Counted from the whole stretch's first letter, positions 30,458-40,987 are shown. The stretch: 63,591 bases of DNA, filler included, from an uncultured Planctomycetaceae bacterium (GCA_963976765.1; 3 parts of 3 records of this genome joined end to end with filler, not necessarily neighbours in it), one strand, 5' to 3'. Numbers and translations: made by a program. The notes: generated by a model not told the origin, from the letters alone.

Positions 30458-31146
30458 GCCAAAGTCAGAAACGAGTACTCATTGTCGATGATGAACCGAT
30501 GATCCGAGAGATTGCGTTTCGCGCCTTCACAGCAGCCGGTCTTGTATGTGAGGCCGCTGAGGATGGCGCAATCGCTGCGGGAAAGTTCGCGCAGCAGCCG
30601 TTCGATGCCGTGGTGACTGATCTGCGAATGCCAAATCGCAATGGGCACTCGCTGGCGGCGGAACTTGTTCGACACCCGACAAGACCAGTCATCATTGTCA
30701 TTACGGCCGTCACCGAACCTCGACTGGCATCGGACCTGAAGCATCGCGGAGTCGCACACATTGCCTTTAAACCAATCGATCATGTCGAACTGGCCCAGCG
30801 GATTGTGGAGCTCCTGAACGTCATGTCGCCTCAGTCTGAAAAATCGCTCGCGGCACCATTCGTTGATGGGCAGGAGATAGATTCAGAGGGAGCGGCTGTT
30901 GAGGCTGGGTTGACGTCGCTCAACCCGAACAACGTCGATCTGTATTTTCACTGCACATCGTTCGAGCACTCGTCCGACGACATCGCCTGGTTCGTTAAAC
31001 AGAACCCGCGACTCAGCGACAGAGTTGTTACCCAGGCCCAGGCTTCAATACGGAATTCATCCAGTCTGATCGGCAGTGTCCGGGATGCTGTCGTCCGTCT
31101 TGGCCAGCGACACATCGGAGAATTGGCCCTGGAAACCGGTGAGTAG
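30454..31146 (+). CDS. Response regulator REC + truncated HDOD-like domain
   Basis: ATGA overlap with the upstream stop; IVDDE/TDLRMP/FKP; C-terminal VKQNPRLSDRVV...IGSVRDAVVRLG resembles the first half of HDOD. Confidence 0.8.
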   Translation: MSQSQKRVLIVDDEPMIREIAFRAFTAAGLVCEAAEDGAIAAGKFAQQPFDAVVTDLRMPNRNGHSLAAELVRHPTRPVIIVITAVTEPRLASDLKHRGVAHIAFKPIDHVELAQRIVELLNVMSPQSEKSLAAPFVDGQEIDSEGAAVEAGLTSLNPNNVDLYFHCTSFEHSSDDIAWFVKQNPRLSDRVVTQAQASIRNSSSLIGSVRDAVVRLGQRHIGELALETGE

Positions 31147-31615
31147 GCATTTCGAAGAAGCCTGTGCGTTGCCGACCCTGGTCTGAATAATTGGACCAGA
31201 GGCGTTTCACGGAGTGAATGTTGGAGATACGGCTCAAAGGGGGCTTTGAGGATGGGCGAACCGAGGAATTCAGGTTGCCCGTTGGGCAGGATTAGTTCAC
31301 GAGTTGTCTGGCGTTGAAACGTCCGTTTCCTTCGTGCGTTTACTTTGTCTCGACAACTTTGCGGAATCGGACGGTCATTTTGAATCTTCTCAGCAGCCAC
31401 TCTGGTCGTTTCTTCCAACTTACGTAGACCAGAGCAACGGTAGGCGTTTCGCAAAGACGATCACACCAAAGTGCGGATGCGAATGTCACGCAGGCAACGG
31501 CATCAGGATTATTGATGTACCATGTTGGGGGGAGTGATGCTCTCTATGAGGTAGCATGGATTGTCGACACTTCCCGTTCTTCGATGTCTCAGTCACTCCA
31601 GATGCAGCAGGTACA

Positions 31616-34600
31616 ATGCTTTTCTTCCCTGGAAATCATCCCTGGTTCAAGAGTGTGAATCCCTGCAACAGGCGATCTCGCCGTAGACGTAGCCACCAGC
31701 GACGGAAACGGCGCGAACAGGAGCCGTGGGTTTCGTCGCTTGTCGAGCTACTTGAAAATCGGGCGATGTTGACTGAAGTTATTTCCGTCTCGCTGGATGT
31801 CGGTGGGAATCTGTTAGTCGAGGACATCTCAACAAACGGCCTTGCGGATAACGTCACACTTCTGGTCCAGTCCAGCGAGGTGGTGATCAGTGACCCCGAC
31901 AATGTGCTGGTGACGTCTGTTGGCACGCAAGTCTCTGATCATGAGGTGCGTGTACCACTTGCCGCGATTTTCAATCAGCGAGTCGTTGTGAATCAGAATC
32001 AGGGGGATGACCAACTGGATGCAGTCGGTCTGGGCCTGACTCTGGCATTGGAAGCTACTGGCGGACAGGGAAACGACACGATTACTGGTGGATCGCAGAG
32101 CGACACGCTTCTGGGCGGTGCCGGTAATGATGTGCTCGACGGTGGTCCAGGCAACGACCTCATATTCGCTGGTGGAGGTCGGGATATCGTTTCCGGAGGC
32201 TCCGGTGACGACCGCATCGACGGGCGATCCGGCAACGACAGCCTTTCAGGTGACGGTGGCGATGACACAATCAGAGGCGGGGCGGGCCGGGACACAATTG
32301 AAGGTGGTGGAGATGCCGACAGATTGAATGGCGGCGGCGGTCAGGACACCGTTTCAGGGGGAGATGGTGTTGACCAGATTCGTGGTGGAGCCGGACACGA
32401 TGCCTTGAGTGGCGATGAAGGGCCCGACGCTCTTGTCGGTGGCAGTGGACGAGACACTCTGACTGGCGACGGTGGCGATGACACTCTGAAGGGTGGCGGC
32501 GGTGCCGATTCGCTGTCTGGCGATGCCGGATCGGATCGGGCCGTGTTGTCTGCGGACGCTGATTTCACATTGACGGATACTCTTCTGACGGGGTCTGGAA
32601 ACGACACCATCGCGGAGATGGAAGTTGTGCAGGTTACCGGTGGGGCAAGCGCCAATACCGTTGATGCGACGGGACTCACACTGCTGTCATTGATATTTTT
32701 CGGCGAAGGCGGTGACGACACAGTCACTGGCGGAGCACTGGACGACACGATTTCGGGCGGTGCTGGAGCAGACTCGATCAACGGCAGAAATGGCAATGAC
32801 GTCGTCAGTGGTGACGGAGGTGACGACTTCCTGCAAGGTGGAACCGGGCTGGACTTTATCGATGGTGGTGATGGCGACGATCGCGTGCTTGGTCTGGGAA
32901 GCAGCGGAGACACACTTCGTGGCGGGCCGGGTAATGACACGCTCGATGGCGGCGCGGGGACAGGCGACATTATCTCAGAAATTGGAGACGTTAGTTTCAC
33001 GCTGACACCTACTCAGTTGACTGGCCTTGGAACGGACTCGGTACTGAATGTCGAAGGGGCGATACTCGTTGGCGGAGCAGGTGCGAATGCAATCGATGTA
33101 TCGACGTCTGGTGTGCCGACAACGCTGACCGGTGGCGGAGGGAACGACACGATTACTGGTGGAACAGCGTTTGATGTGCTGACTGAATCAGCCGATGTGA
33201 ACTTTCTGTTAACAGATTCGACGTTGACTGGACTGGGAACAGACTCGTTCACATCAATTGAAACCGTTTCACTATCGGGCGGCGTCGGAAATAACGTGTT
33301 GGACGCATCGGCAAGCAGCAGAGCAGTGACGCTGTCAGGCGGTGACGGGAATGACACGCTGATCGGCGGAGCTGTAGCGGACGTTTTGTTTGGCGAAGCC
33401 GGAAACGATCAACTGACTGGTAACGGCGGCGCCGATGCACTGCTGGCCGGAGACGGAATCGATCGGCTGGTTGAATCGGGCGACAACGACTTCACGCTCG
33501 GCAGTGGTTCGCTGGATGGTGCGGCAAACGACACGATCAATGCGTTTGAAGAGGCTGAACTGACTGGAGGCGAGTCGGCGAACACGATTCTCGTGACGAC
33601 GTTCGTCGGGACTGTGACGTTAAACGGTGGTGGCGGAAACGACTCGCTGGAAGGGACGTCGTTTAACGATGTGCTGGATGGCGGCGAGGGAGACGATACG
33701 CTCAAGGGCGAGGACGGAAACGACACGCTGGATGGCGGACCGGGCGCCGACAATCTGTTGGGCGGTGTGGGAAACGACTTAATCAGCGGTGGGGCCGGGA
33801 ACGATCGGCTACGCGGTGAACTGGGAACTGACCCGCTGTTGACTGGCGATGACACACTGGATGGTGGCGACGGGGCCGATGATCTCAATGGCGAATCAGG
33901 GGACGATGTAATTTCCGGCGGTCCGGATTTCGACTCGGTTCTCGGCGCCGCAGGTAACGACAGTCTCTCGGGCGACGACGGAACGGACCTTGTCTCGGGC
34001 GGTGCCGGGGACGACACCGTTGACGGCGGCACTGGCGCTGACGACGTGCGAGGAGACGACGGCAATGACACCGTCTTCGGCGGCACGGAGAACGATGTTC
34101 TTCAAGGTGGAGCCGGGAACGATGTGCTTGATGCGGGAGACGGTGACGACACGATCGGTGCGGGAAGCGGTAACGATTCCGCGTCGGGCGGCCTGGGGAA
34201 CGACGTCATTAACGGTCTGGATGGACTCGACACGCTGCATGGAGACGCCGGGAATGACACGATCAGCGGCGGCCTCGACAACGATCAGTTGTTCGGTGGC
34301 GATGGTGACGATACCACGGTTGGGAACGAAGGCGACGATACCCTTCATGGCGGTGCAGGAACGGACACAGTGCGAGGCCAGGAAGGAAATGACGTCATTA
34401 CTGGCGACGATGGCCCCGATTCACTCACAGGCGATCAGGGAGCGGATTCAATAGACGGTGGAAATGATGCGGACACAATTGTCGGCGATACGGGTGACGA
34501 CACACTGCTTGGCGGGGATGGCGATGACCAGGTTTTTGGTAACGCAGGAGACGACACGCTGGCCGGGGGCGGCGGGAACGATTTCGTCGAAGGTGATGTC

Positions 34601-36577
34601 GGCAACGATTCATTGAGCGGTGGCGACGGTGATGACCTGCTGCGAGGCGTCGACGGAAACGACACGATCGTCGGCGATGGTGGACAAGACAGCTTATTGG
34701 GAATGCTTGGCAACGACTCGCTGGATGGCGGGGCTGGAACGGACATTGTCCTTGGCGATCTGGGGAACGATACCGTTTTCGGCGGTGCAGATCGTGATGT
34801 CGTAATCGGTGACCACGGCAGCGATTCGGTGAACGGCGGCGACGACGAAGACCTTGTCACCGGTAGCTCTTACAGATTCGACAATGACCTGGTGCCCCTC
34901 GCCCAACTGCTCGCTGACTGGAATGCCGGGACATCATACAACGACCGTGTGACACAGCTTGAAGACGTGGACTATGCGTATCAGTGGAAGGCTCTGGCGC
35001 TGATCACGGACAGCGGCACGTTGTACGACGATTATGCCCGCGACACGGTTAACGGTGGAGCTGGTCTGGATTACTTCGGCCGTCCGGGAGAACCGACTCT
35101 TGCCACCAACGACTTGACGCCGGATTACAACGCTGGATTGGAAACACTGAACGTGTCGGTCTTCGGCAATGCCGATCCGGGATTCTTCCCAGCAGATATG
35201 ACAGAACCGGACTACCTGCAGACGCTCAACGATCCGACGTTCGGTACACCAGTTACTCGGATTACCGATGATCCTGGCACGCAGCTGACGTTGCCGATCA
35301 ATACGGGCGGCACGGCGACGGTCACCTGGAGCGGTGCGGTGCGGACGCGATATGTCACGAGTTCGTCGTGGAATATTGATGGAACGCTCATGATGCTCAG
35401 GAGTTATGACCCAGCGATGACATATCAAATTGTCCTCGACGGCAATACTCATCAGCCGCTGTTTCTGGCCACTCTGCCGACGTCCAATCATCGCTGGAGT
35501 CAGAATCCAGCCAAGGCCAACATTCAGTACGGGTTTCCTCAGCTCAGTTCGGTGGACAACGACGCTCTCGGTATCGATGGCTCAATGGCTGTGCTCCCTG
35601 AGTTCGGTCCAGACGACGATACGTTCGTGGAATACAACGTCGTGACCGGAGAAGTGCTGCGGACGGTAGAACTGCCCTTCAACAAACTCTTCTCGCCCAA
35701 AACGACGATCACGTTTCGCGACGGCAACGAATACATCGCCATCTTTGGTGTCGACAAGGTCAATCCTGCCAATGGCATTTCGGTTTACATTGTTCAGCTC
35801 GACGCGGCAGAGGGAGCGGACCCGGTGGTTGCGTCGTTTGCTCTGACCGACGGAACCAGCGGCACTCCTGAAGTCGAGAACGCGAACGCGCTGGATTTCA
35901 GCAACTTGTGGTTCTCGCCGGACGGCAGCCATCTGCTGACGTTGTACGGCGGATCGAGTGTTACTACGCGGTCATGGCGACTTCTCGATGTCAATTACAA
36001 CACCGGCACGATCGATTCACATGTCATTCCGAACCTGACCAGTGACGACACGTTCGAGACAAATGGCGATCGCACCAAAGGGCACTTCCCGGTCAACTGG
36101 TCGCATCCGGTCTTCACGACCGGGCCTGACGGTGACATCTATGTTGTCGGCGTCAGCGGTCAATTCAACGGTCAGTCCTTCACGCAGGCAGAGATCAGCA
36201 CCTCGAATGGCGTGGTCGGGAGCGTGCTGGCGTTCAATGTCAATGACGATACGTTTCATTCACTCACCGACTCAACTGACGAAAACCTGGCGACTCACGT
36301 GATCGCGACAAACACCGCGAATCCTGAGTACGTCTTCGTTACCTATTGGAATGACACGTCAAATCCGGGCCGTGGATTGAAATATGCAGGCGAAATAGTC
36401 GCGATCAAATTGACTGACCCGTTCGGAACCAACGGCCTCATCCAACTGGTGCATCATCGCACCTCAATTGCCAACGGAAACTACTACGGCAACACGCTTC
36501 CCACTGTCAGTCCGGACGGCACACAGCTCGTCTTCAGCAGCACTTGGGGCGAGGTGCAGGGTATATCCTCGACCTGA
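31616..36577 (+). CDS. Large RTX/hemolysin-type Ca-binding repeat protein with LEPR-XLL N-terminus and C-terminal beta-propeller-like domain
   Basis: VELLENRAMLT; dozens of GGxGxDxL nonapeptides; C-terminal DPTFGTPVTRITD...FSPDG...PTVSPDGTQLVFSSTW. Start could be 31556. Confidence 0.9.
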   Translation: MLFFPGNHPWFKSVNPCNRRSRRRRSHQRRKRREQEPWVSSLVELLENRAMLTEVISVSLDVGGNLLVEDISTNGLADNVTLLVQSSEVVISDPDNVLVTSVGTQVSDHEVRVPLAAIFNQRVVVNQNQGDDQLDAVGLGLTLALEATGGQGNDTITGGSQSDTLLGGAGNDVLDGGPGNDLIFAGGGRDIVSGGSGDDRIDGRSGNDSLSGDGGDDTIRGGAGRDTIEGGGDADRLNGGGGQDTVSGGDGVDQIRGGAGHDALSGDEGPDALVGGSGRDTLTGDGGDDTLKGGGGADSLSGDAGSDRAVLSADADFTLTDTLLTGSGNDTIAEMEVVQVTGGASANTVDATGLTLLSLIFFGEGGDDTVTGGALDDTISGGAGADSINGRNGNDVVSGDGGDDFLQGGTGLDFIDGGDGDDRVLGLGSSGDTLRGGPGNDTLDGGAGTGDIISEIGDVSFTLTPTQLTGLGTDSVLNVEGAILVGGAGANAIDVSTSGVPTTLTGGGGNDTITGGTAFDVLTESADVNFLLTDSTLTGLGTDSFTSIETVSLSGGVGNNVLDASASSRAVTLSGGDGNDTLIGGAVADVLFGEAGNDQLTGNGGADALLAGDGIDRLVESGDNDFTLGSGSLDGAANDTINAFEEAELTGGESANTILVTTFVGTVTLNGGGGNDSLEGTSFNDVLDGGEGDDTLKGEDGNDTLDGGPGADNLLGGVGNDLISGGAGNDRLRGELGTDPLLTGDDTLDGGDGADDLNGESGDDVISGGPDFDSVLGAAGNDSLSGDDGTDLVSGGAGDDTVDGGTGADDVRGDDGNDTVFGGTENDVLQGGAGNDVLDAGDGDDTIGAGSGNDSASGGLGNDVINGLDGLDTLHGDAGNDTISGGLDNDQLFGGDGDDTTVGNEGDDTLHGGAGTDTVRGQEGNDVITGDDGPDSLTGDQGADSIDGGNDADTIVGDTGDDTLLGGDGDDQVFGNAGDDTLAGGGGNDFVEGDVGNDSLSGGDGDDLLRGVDGNDTIVGDGGQDSLLGMLGNDSLDGGAGTDIVLGDLGNDTVFGGADRDVVIGDHGSDSVNGGDDEDLVTGSSYRFDNDLVPLAQLLADWNAGTSYNDRVTQLEDVDYAYQWKALALITDSGTLYDDYARDTVNGGAGLDYFGRPGEPTLATNDLTPDYNAGLETLNVSVFGNADPGFFPADMTEPDYLQTLNDPTFGTPVTRITDDPGTQLTLPINTGGTATVTWSGAVRTRYVTSSSWNIDGTLMMLRSYDPAMTYQIVLDGNTHQPLFLATLPTSNHRWSQNPAKANIQYGFPQLSSVDNDALGIDGSMAVLPEFGPDDDTFVEYNVVTGEVLRTVELPFNKLFSPKTTITFRDGNEYIAIFGVDKVNPANGISVYIVQLDAAEGADPVVASFALTDGTSGTPEVENANALDFSNLWFSPDGSHLLTLYGGSSVTTRSWRLLDVNYNTGTIDSHVIPNLTSDDTFETNGDRTKGHFPVNWSHPVFTTGPDGDIYVVGVSGQFNGQSFTQAEISTSNGVVGSVLAFNVNDDTFHSLTDSTDENLATHVIATNTANPEYVFVTYWNDTSNPGRGLKYAGEIVAIKLTDPFGTNGLIQLVHHRTSIANGNYYGNTLPTVSPDGTQLVFSSTWGEVQGISST

Positions 36578-37010
36578 CGAACGCGTTGCTCTGAGAACAC
36601 CGCAGTTCCACGTCCGCAGCGGGCGTTTCGGCAAAGGCATCAGGCCGGATACTCCCCACAGGGTGGCCCCGTAAAAGTGTTGGCGGAGAACCCGACGCTG
36701 ATCCAACTCCGGGAACTGGAAACCTGAATGTGGTACCTCAGAAAAAAAAGGGACTGGCTGATCGCCTTACGTGGACCGAATGCTCTTTCTGCGTCGCGGC
36801 GTCGGGCGCCGAGGTGACTGACTCTCGACGGCGACCTGGAGGATGGGCAAGGGCTCGCAAGTACAAGTTGATCGCACTCAATCTCACCAATGGGACGTGC
36901 TCTGTGTTCACCGTGTCGCTAATTGAGTCTCTCTTACAGGGGGATTGTGAAGCTATTGCGGCACAACCCGACTCAGTGTGCTCGGGAGCGGTCAAATGAG
37001 TGCAAACATA

Positions 37011-38105
37011 CTAGTGTTCTGAGTCAGAGATTCGTTGGCAAACGTTTTTGACTCGGTTGGGGATGAGGTCTGCGGTTGCCGTCCACCTGAATGGCTTCGG
37101 TTGGGCGTTGTGTTCTTCGAGATAATCGGCGATGGCCTGTTCGAGTTGGCGGACGCTGCGAAAGGCTCCTCGACGAATTCGTTTGTTGGTGATCTCTGCG
37201 AAGAAGCGTTCTACCTGATTGAGCCAGGAAGCAGATGTTGGTGTGAAGTGAATGTGATATCTCGGTCGGCGGGCGAACCAGCGACGGACCTTCGGTGTTT
37301 TGTGCGTGGCGTAGTTATCCATCACGACGTGAAGTTCGACACCGTCTTCTTCCGGGATCGACTGGTCAACCTGGTTCATGAACTTCAGAAACTCCTGGTG
37401 TCGGTGGCGTCTGAGGCATTTGCCAATCACTTCACCAGTAGCCACGTTCAGAGCGGAGAACAGACTGGTTGTTCCATGCCGTACGTAGTCATGCGTATGT
37501 CGCTCCGGTGAGCCAGGGCTCATGGGAAGCAGCGGCTGTGTTCGGTCCAGTGCCTGCACCTGACTCTTTTCGTCGATGCACAGAATGATTGTCCGATCTG
37601 ATGGATCAAGGTAGAGCCCGACGATGTCCCGAACTTTGTCGACGAATTGCGGATCAGTCGACAGCTTGAATGTTCCTGTTCGATGCGGCTGCAGGCCGAA
37701 AGCTTTCCAGATTCGAACAACCGCTGTTTGCGAAAGCCCGGTGGCTTCCGCCATCCGGCGAGTGCTCCAGTGCGTCGCATTCTTCGGTTTCGTTTCGAGC
37801 GTACGGGTCACTACTTCTTCCACATGCTCATCAGTAATTGATCGCGGAACACCTGGCCGCGGCTCATCGGATAGCCCATCCAGTCGCTTCTCAACAAACC
37901 GGCGACGCCATTTACCGACCGTTGCACCGCAGATTTTCAACTTCGCGGACACCGCCTGGTTGGTTAGCCCATCAGCACAGTGCAACACAATTCGGCAACG
38001 CAGTGCCAAAGCCTGCGACGTCTTCCGACGCCGTGACCAGCGAGCCAACGTCTCACGTTCTTTTTCAGTCAAAATCAATTCAGCCAGCGGTCGTCCCTTC
38101 ACCAT
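37011..38105 (-). CDS. IS630 transposase (HTH + DDE)
   Basis: AAGGAGG RBS; CIDEKSQ, YVRHGT, VVMDNYATHK, FTPTSASWLNQVERFF; the stop codon TAG is formed by the CTAG target. Confidence 0.95.
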   Translation of the reverse strand: MVKGRPLAELILTEKERETLARWSRRRKTSQALALRCRIVLHCADGLTNQAVSAKLKICGATVGKWRRRFVEKRLDGLSDEPRPGVPRSITDEHVEEVVTRTLETKPKNATHWSTRRMAEATGLSQTAVVRIWKAFGLQPHRTGTFKLSTDPQFVDKVRDIVGLYLDPSDRTIILCIDEKSQVQALDRTQPLLPMSPGSPERHTHDYVRHGTTSLFSALNVATGEVIGKCLRRHRHQEFLKFMNQVDQSIPEEDGVELHVVMDNYATHKTPKVRRWFARRPRYHIHFTPTSASWLNQVERFFAEITNKRIRRGAFRSVRQLEQAIADYLEEHNAQPKPFRWTATADLIPNRVKNVCQRISDSEH

Positions 38106-38202
38106 CGCTACCTCCTTGAACCTCAAATACAGCCCGAAGAAAGCTAACGACAGATCACCAACCGCGCAACCACATTCAGAACGAATCTCTGACTCAGAAC
38201 AC
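37014..38202 (-). mobile_element. IS630-family insertion sequence
   Basis: Perfect terminal inverted repeats GTGTTCTGAGTCAGAGATTCGTT (37014-37036 and 38180-38202), flanked by TA on the left and TG on the right. Confidence 0.92.
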
Positions 38203-38303
38203 TGGAACCAGGAATTGACAGATAGCTCTTTGGAGTCATTGGGTGATTGCGGGGGTGTTTGAGTCTTCTGGGTGTCTTATGACTTGCAGGCCGATGAACT
38301 GGT

Positions 38304-38390
38304 TGCCAGAATCTGCCGCTGTCAGACTTGTTGTCAGAGAAACAGTCAGACTTGTCAGAAAAAGCAGGACTTTTTACAAGAACTCTGACA
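38304..38390. repeat. Cluster of TGTCAGA repeats (arm-site-like) upstream of the tRNA
   Basis: TGCCAGA 38304, TGTCAGA 38320, 38332 and 38353, AGTCAGA 38344, inverted TCTGACA 38384. Confidence 0.6.
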
Positions 38391-38450
38391 GTTATTTTTC
38401 GCAAAGGATTGCTCGAAAGTACAGAAAAACACGAGGTTTTTTGATCATTC

Positions 38451-38525
<75 letters not shown>

Positions 38526-38633
38526 CTTCTAACTCTTTGCTGAGCCGCAACTTGCGACTACCTGCCGACACCCGGTAGTGCAGTAGAAACCCTGATCTAC
38601 GACTTTTCGTACGACATTCAGGAGTCCTGCACG

Positions 38634-39881
38634 ATGCCACGCCAGAAGAAACCGGGTTACTGGTCGCACAAGCCAAGCGGCCAGGCTTATGTTCGAATCG
38701 ACGGGAAGGATCATTACCTCGGCCCATACGGTTCCCCCGAAAGTCGCGACCGCTACGACGAGATCGTTCGCGAATGGACCATCAACCAATCTGCCGACGG
38801 TGTGACGTTGACCGTTGACGAGCTCGCCCTGAGGTACCTGAAACACGCCCGTCGGCATTATCGCAAGAATGGCGAGGAAACGTCCGAGGTGTCGTCGATC
38901 ATGGCAGCACTTCGCGTCGTCGTTCGAGCCGCCGGACGGGACCGTGCCCGCGACTTCGGCCCGTTGAAGCTTCAGGCCGTCCGCGACGAAATGGTGGCCC
39001 TCGGATGGAAACGCCGGTCGATCAACGTGCAAGTTGGCCGCGTACGCCGCATGTTTCAATGGGCGGTCAGTCAGGAGCTTGTCCCGGTCGAGACGTTGAC
39101 GGCGTTGCAGACCGTGTCGGGATTGCGTGAAGGCAGGTCCGAAGCCACCGAGTCACGCCCGGTCCTGCCCGTGTCAGAAGCGGTCGTAGACGTCGTCAAG
39201 CCGCACGTCAGCCGCCAGGTATGGGCGATGGTTCAATTGCAACTTGTCACGGGGATGCGACCGGGAGAAGTCACGGCGATGCGTGGTGTTGATATCACGA
39301 TGGGCCGCCCGCTTTGGGAATACGTTCCCGAATCGCACAAGACGCAACACCACGGTCGGGAGCGGGTAATCGTCCTTGGTCCGCAAGCTCAGAAAGTGAT
39401 CCGGCCATTCCTGAAAACCGACACGACCGCGTTTCTGTTTTCACCCTCTGAGGCTCGTGCTGAATTCGACGCACTACGCCGAGCAAATCGCCGTTCGCCT
39501 ACCACTCCAAGCCAGCAAGCCCGAAAGCCGAAACGCCAACCAGCGAAGGCACCGGGTAACAGATACACGGTAGCCAGCTACGGGCAAGCGATCCGGAAGG
39601 GGTGTGAGAAGGCTCTCGCCATGCCTCGTGAACTGCGTAACGTGTCCACGAAACTTCCCGACGCTGAGAGAGAACGATTACAGGCAAAGGCCCGTGCGTG
39701 GCGTGAGGAACACTGCTGGCACCCTCACCAGCTTCGCCACACAGCCGCGACTGAGATTCGGCGAAAGTTCGGCATCGAAGCGGCCCAGGTCGTTCTCGGG
39801 CACGCCAACATTTCGACGGCTGAGATTTATGCCGAGAAGGATCGCAAACTCGCTGAGCAGGTGATGCAGCAACGCGGCTGA
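38634..39881 (+). CDS. Tyrosine integrase
   Basis: N-terminal arm-binding-like GQAYVRIDGKDHYLG; TGMRPGEV (R), HKT (K), HPHQLRH (HxxR), LGH, AEIY (Y). Confidence 0.95.
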   Translation: MPRQKKPGYWSHKPSGQAYVRIDGKDHYLGPYGSPESRDRYDEIVREWTINQSADGVTLTVDELALRYLKHARRHYRKNGEETSEVSSIMAALRVVVRAAGRDRARDFGPLKLQAVRDEMVALGWKRRSINVQVGRVRRMFQWAVSQELVPVETLTALQTVSGLREGRSEATESRPVLPVSEAVVDVVKPHVSRQVWAMVQLQLVTGMRPGEVTAMRGVDITMGRPLWEYVPESHKTQHHGRERVIVLGPQAQKVIRPFLKTDTTAFLFSPSEARAEFDALRRANRRSPTTPSQQARKPKRQPAKAPGNRYTVASYGQAIRKGCEKALAMPRELRNVSTKLPDAERERLQAKARAWREEHCWHPHQLRHTAATEIRRKFGIEAAQVVLGHANISTAEIYAEKDRKLAEQVMQQRG

Positions 39882-40002
39882 ACTACAAATTGAAACGTCG
39901 CCGGGTGGGGCTTGATCACCCCAAGGTTGACGACCGTCTAAGACTTCTATTCCCGCTTGGATTGTCGTTGGCCACCCCGGCTCCTCTTGGGAGTATAAAA
40001 TC

Positions 40003-40482
40003 ATGGCGAAGAAGAAATCTGAGAAGCCAGCGGAAGTAACGGACGAGACTTCGCATTCCGGTGGAGATGGCTCAACAGAGCCGTCTGAGTCGGCTGAGCT
40101 GCAAGCGATCGATGCCAACAAAGTTTATACCGAGCGGCAGTTCTGGAAAGCCGTCGGGATTACCAGCAAGGATACGCAGAATGGGTATCAAGCCGATGGG
40201 CTCATTATCCGGAAGGCCGTAGGGCGAAGAGCGAAATTCGTTTTGGGGAAAGACTGGTACGACTTTCTCAACCGTCCTGAAAACATCGCCAAGAGCCTCG
40301 ATGACTCCGAGCAACCATCACCGGAAGACACTCTTCAAGCACAGGTCAGCATGCTGAATGGATGCATAGACGAGTTGTACCGCAGTGCGGGACTAGTCGA
40401 CGTGGAGCAGTTGAGGCAAGACGTTGACGAATTGATGTGGCATAGGAACAACCCGAATTTTGATCCAAACAGTCGAGAGTGA
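40003..40482 (+). CDS. Hypothetical protein with an Xis/MerR-like HTH segment and coiled-coil tail
   Basis: YTERQFWKAVGI...GLIIRK..GRRAKFVLGKDWYDFL resembles an excisionase-type winged HTH. Confidence 0.5.
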   Translation: MAKKKSEKPAEVTDETSHSGGDGSTEPSESAELQAIDANKVYTERQFWKAVGITSKDTQNGYQADGLIIRKAVGRRAKFVLGKDWYDFLNRPENIAKSLDDSEQPSPEDTLQAQVSMLNGCIDELYRSAGLVDVEQLRQDVDELMWHRNNPNFDPNSRE

Positions 40483-40526
40483 TCCGTTCCGTCCAAAACC
40501 CCAAAAAATCTTCAAAATAATTTGGC

Positions 40527-40567
40527 GACCAACTCGTGACCAGTTGGCGACCAACTGGTCACCAACT
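40527..40567. repeat. Four GACCAACT-like repeats at 11-bp period containing a 12-bp inverted repeat
   Basis: GACCAACT 40527, GACCAGTT 40538, GACCAACT 40549, CACCAACT 40560; GTGACCAGTTGG-CGA-CCAACTGGTCAC at 40536-40562. Confidence 0.8.
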
Positions 40568-40602
40568 CAAATTTTTTCACGATTAGCCCATCGAATCACC
40601 GC

Positions 40603-40630
40603 TTGACGAAGGTAAGTTCGTCATCACATT
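40603..40630 (+). promoter_or_regulatory. Putative sigma70 promoter overlapped by an operator palindrome
   Basis: TTGACG-N16-CACATT; TGACGAA-N6-TTCGTCA at 40604-40623. Confidence 0.45.
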
Positions 40631-40672
40631 GCGTCGCGTTCCAACAGTTTTTACACGAACGCGAGGTAAGCT

Positions 40673-40987
40673 ATGGCATCTCAATCTGAAGTACAGTTGA
40701 CCGATCTTCTGGATGAAGACCTCATCTCCCCTGCTACCGGCTTTGAGGAGCTGACCGGTCACCGACCAAGTCCGACTTCGTGTTGGCGATGGGAATCAAA
40801 AGGCCGGCGTGGGCACAAACTGAAATGCGTGAAAGTCCTGGGGCGTACACTGACTAGTAGGCAGGAAATTCGCCGCTGGATCGCCGCTGTTGAGACTGAT
40901 CGAATCGCCTCGCAGAACACATCCAAGGAGTCTGGCGAGCGTTCCGAGTCCACTCAGCGAGAACTCGAAGCCGCCGGGCTCGCCTGA
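40673..40987 (+). CDS. DUF1580-like excisionase/AlpA-type DNA-binding protein
   Basis: RPSPTSCWRWESKGRRGHKLKCVKVLGRTLTSRQEIRRWI...RELEAAGL; GAGG RBS. Confidence 0.75.
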   Translation: MASQSEVQLTDLLDEDLISPATGFEELTGHRPSPTSCWRWESKGRRGHKLKCVKVLGRTLTSRQEIRRWIAAVETDRIASQNTSKESGERSESTQRELEAAGLA

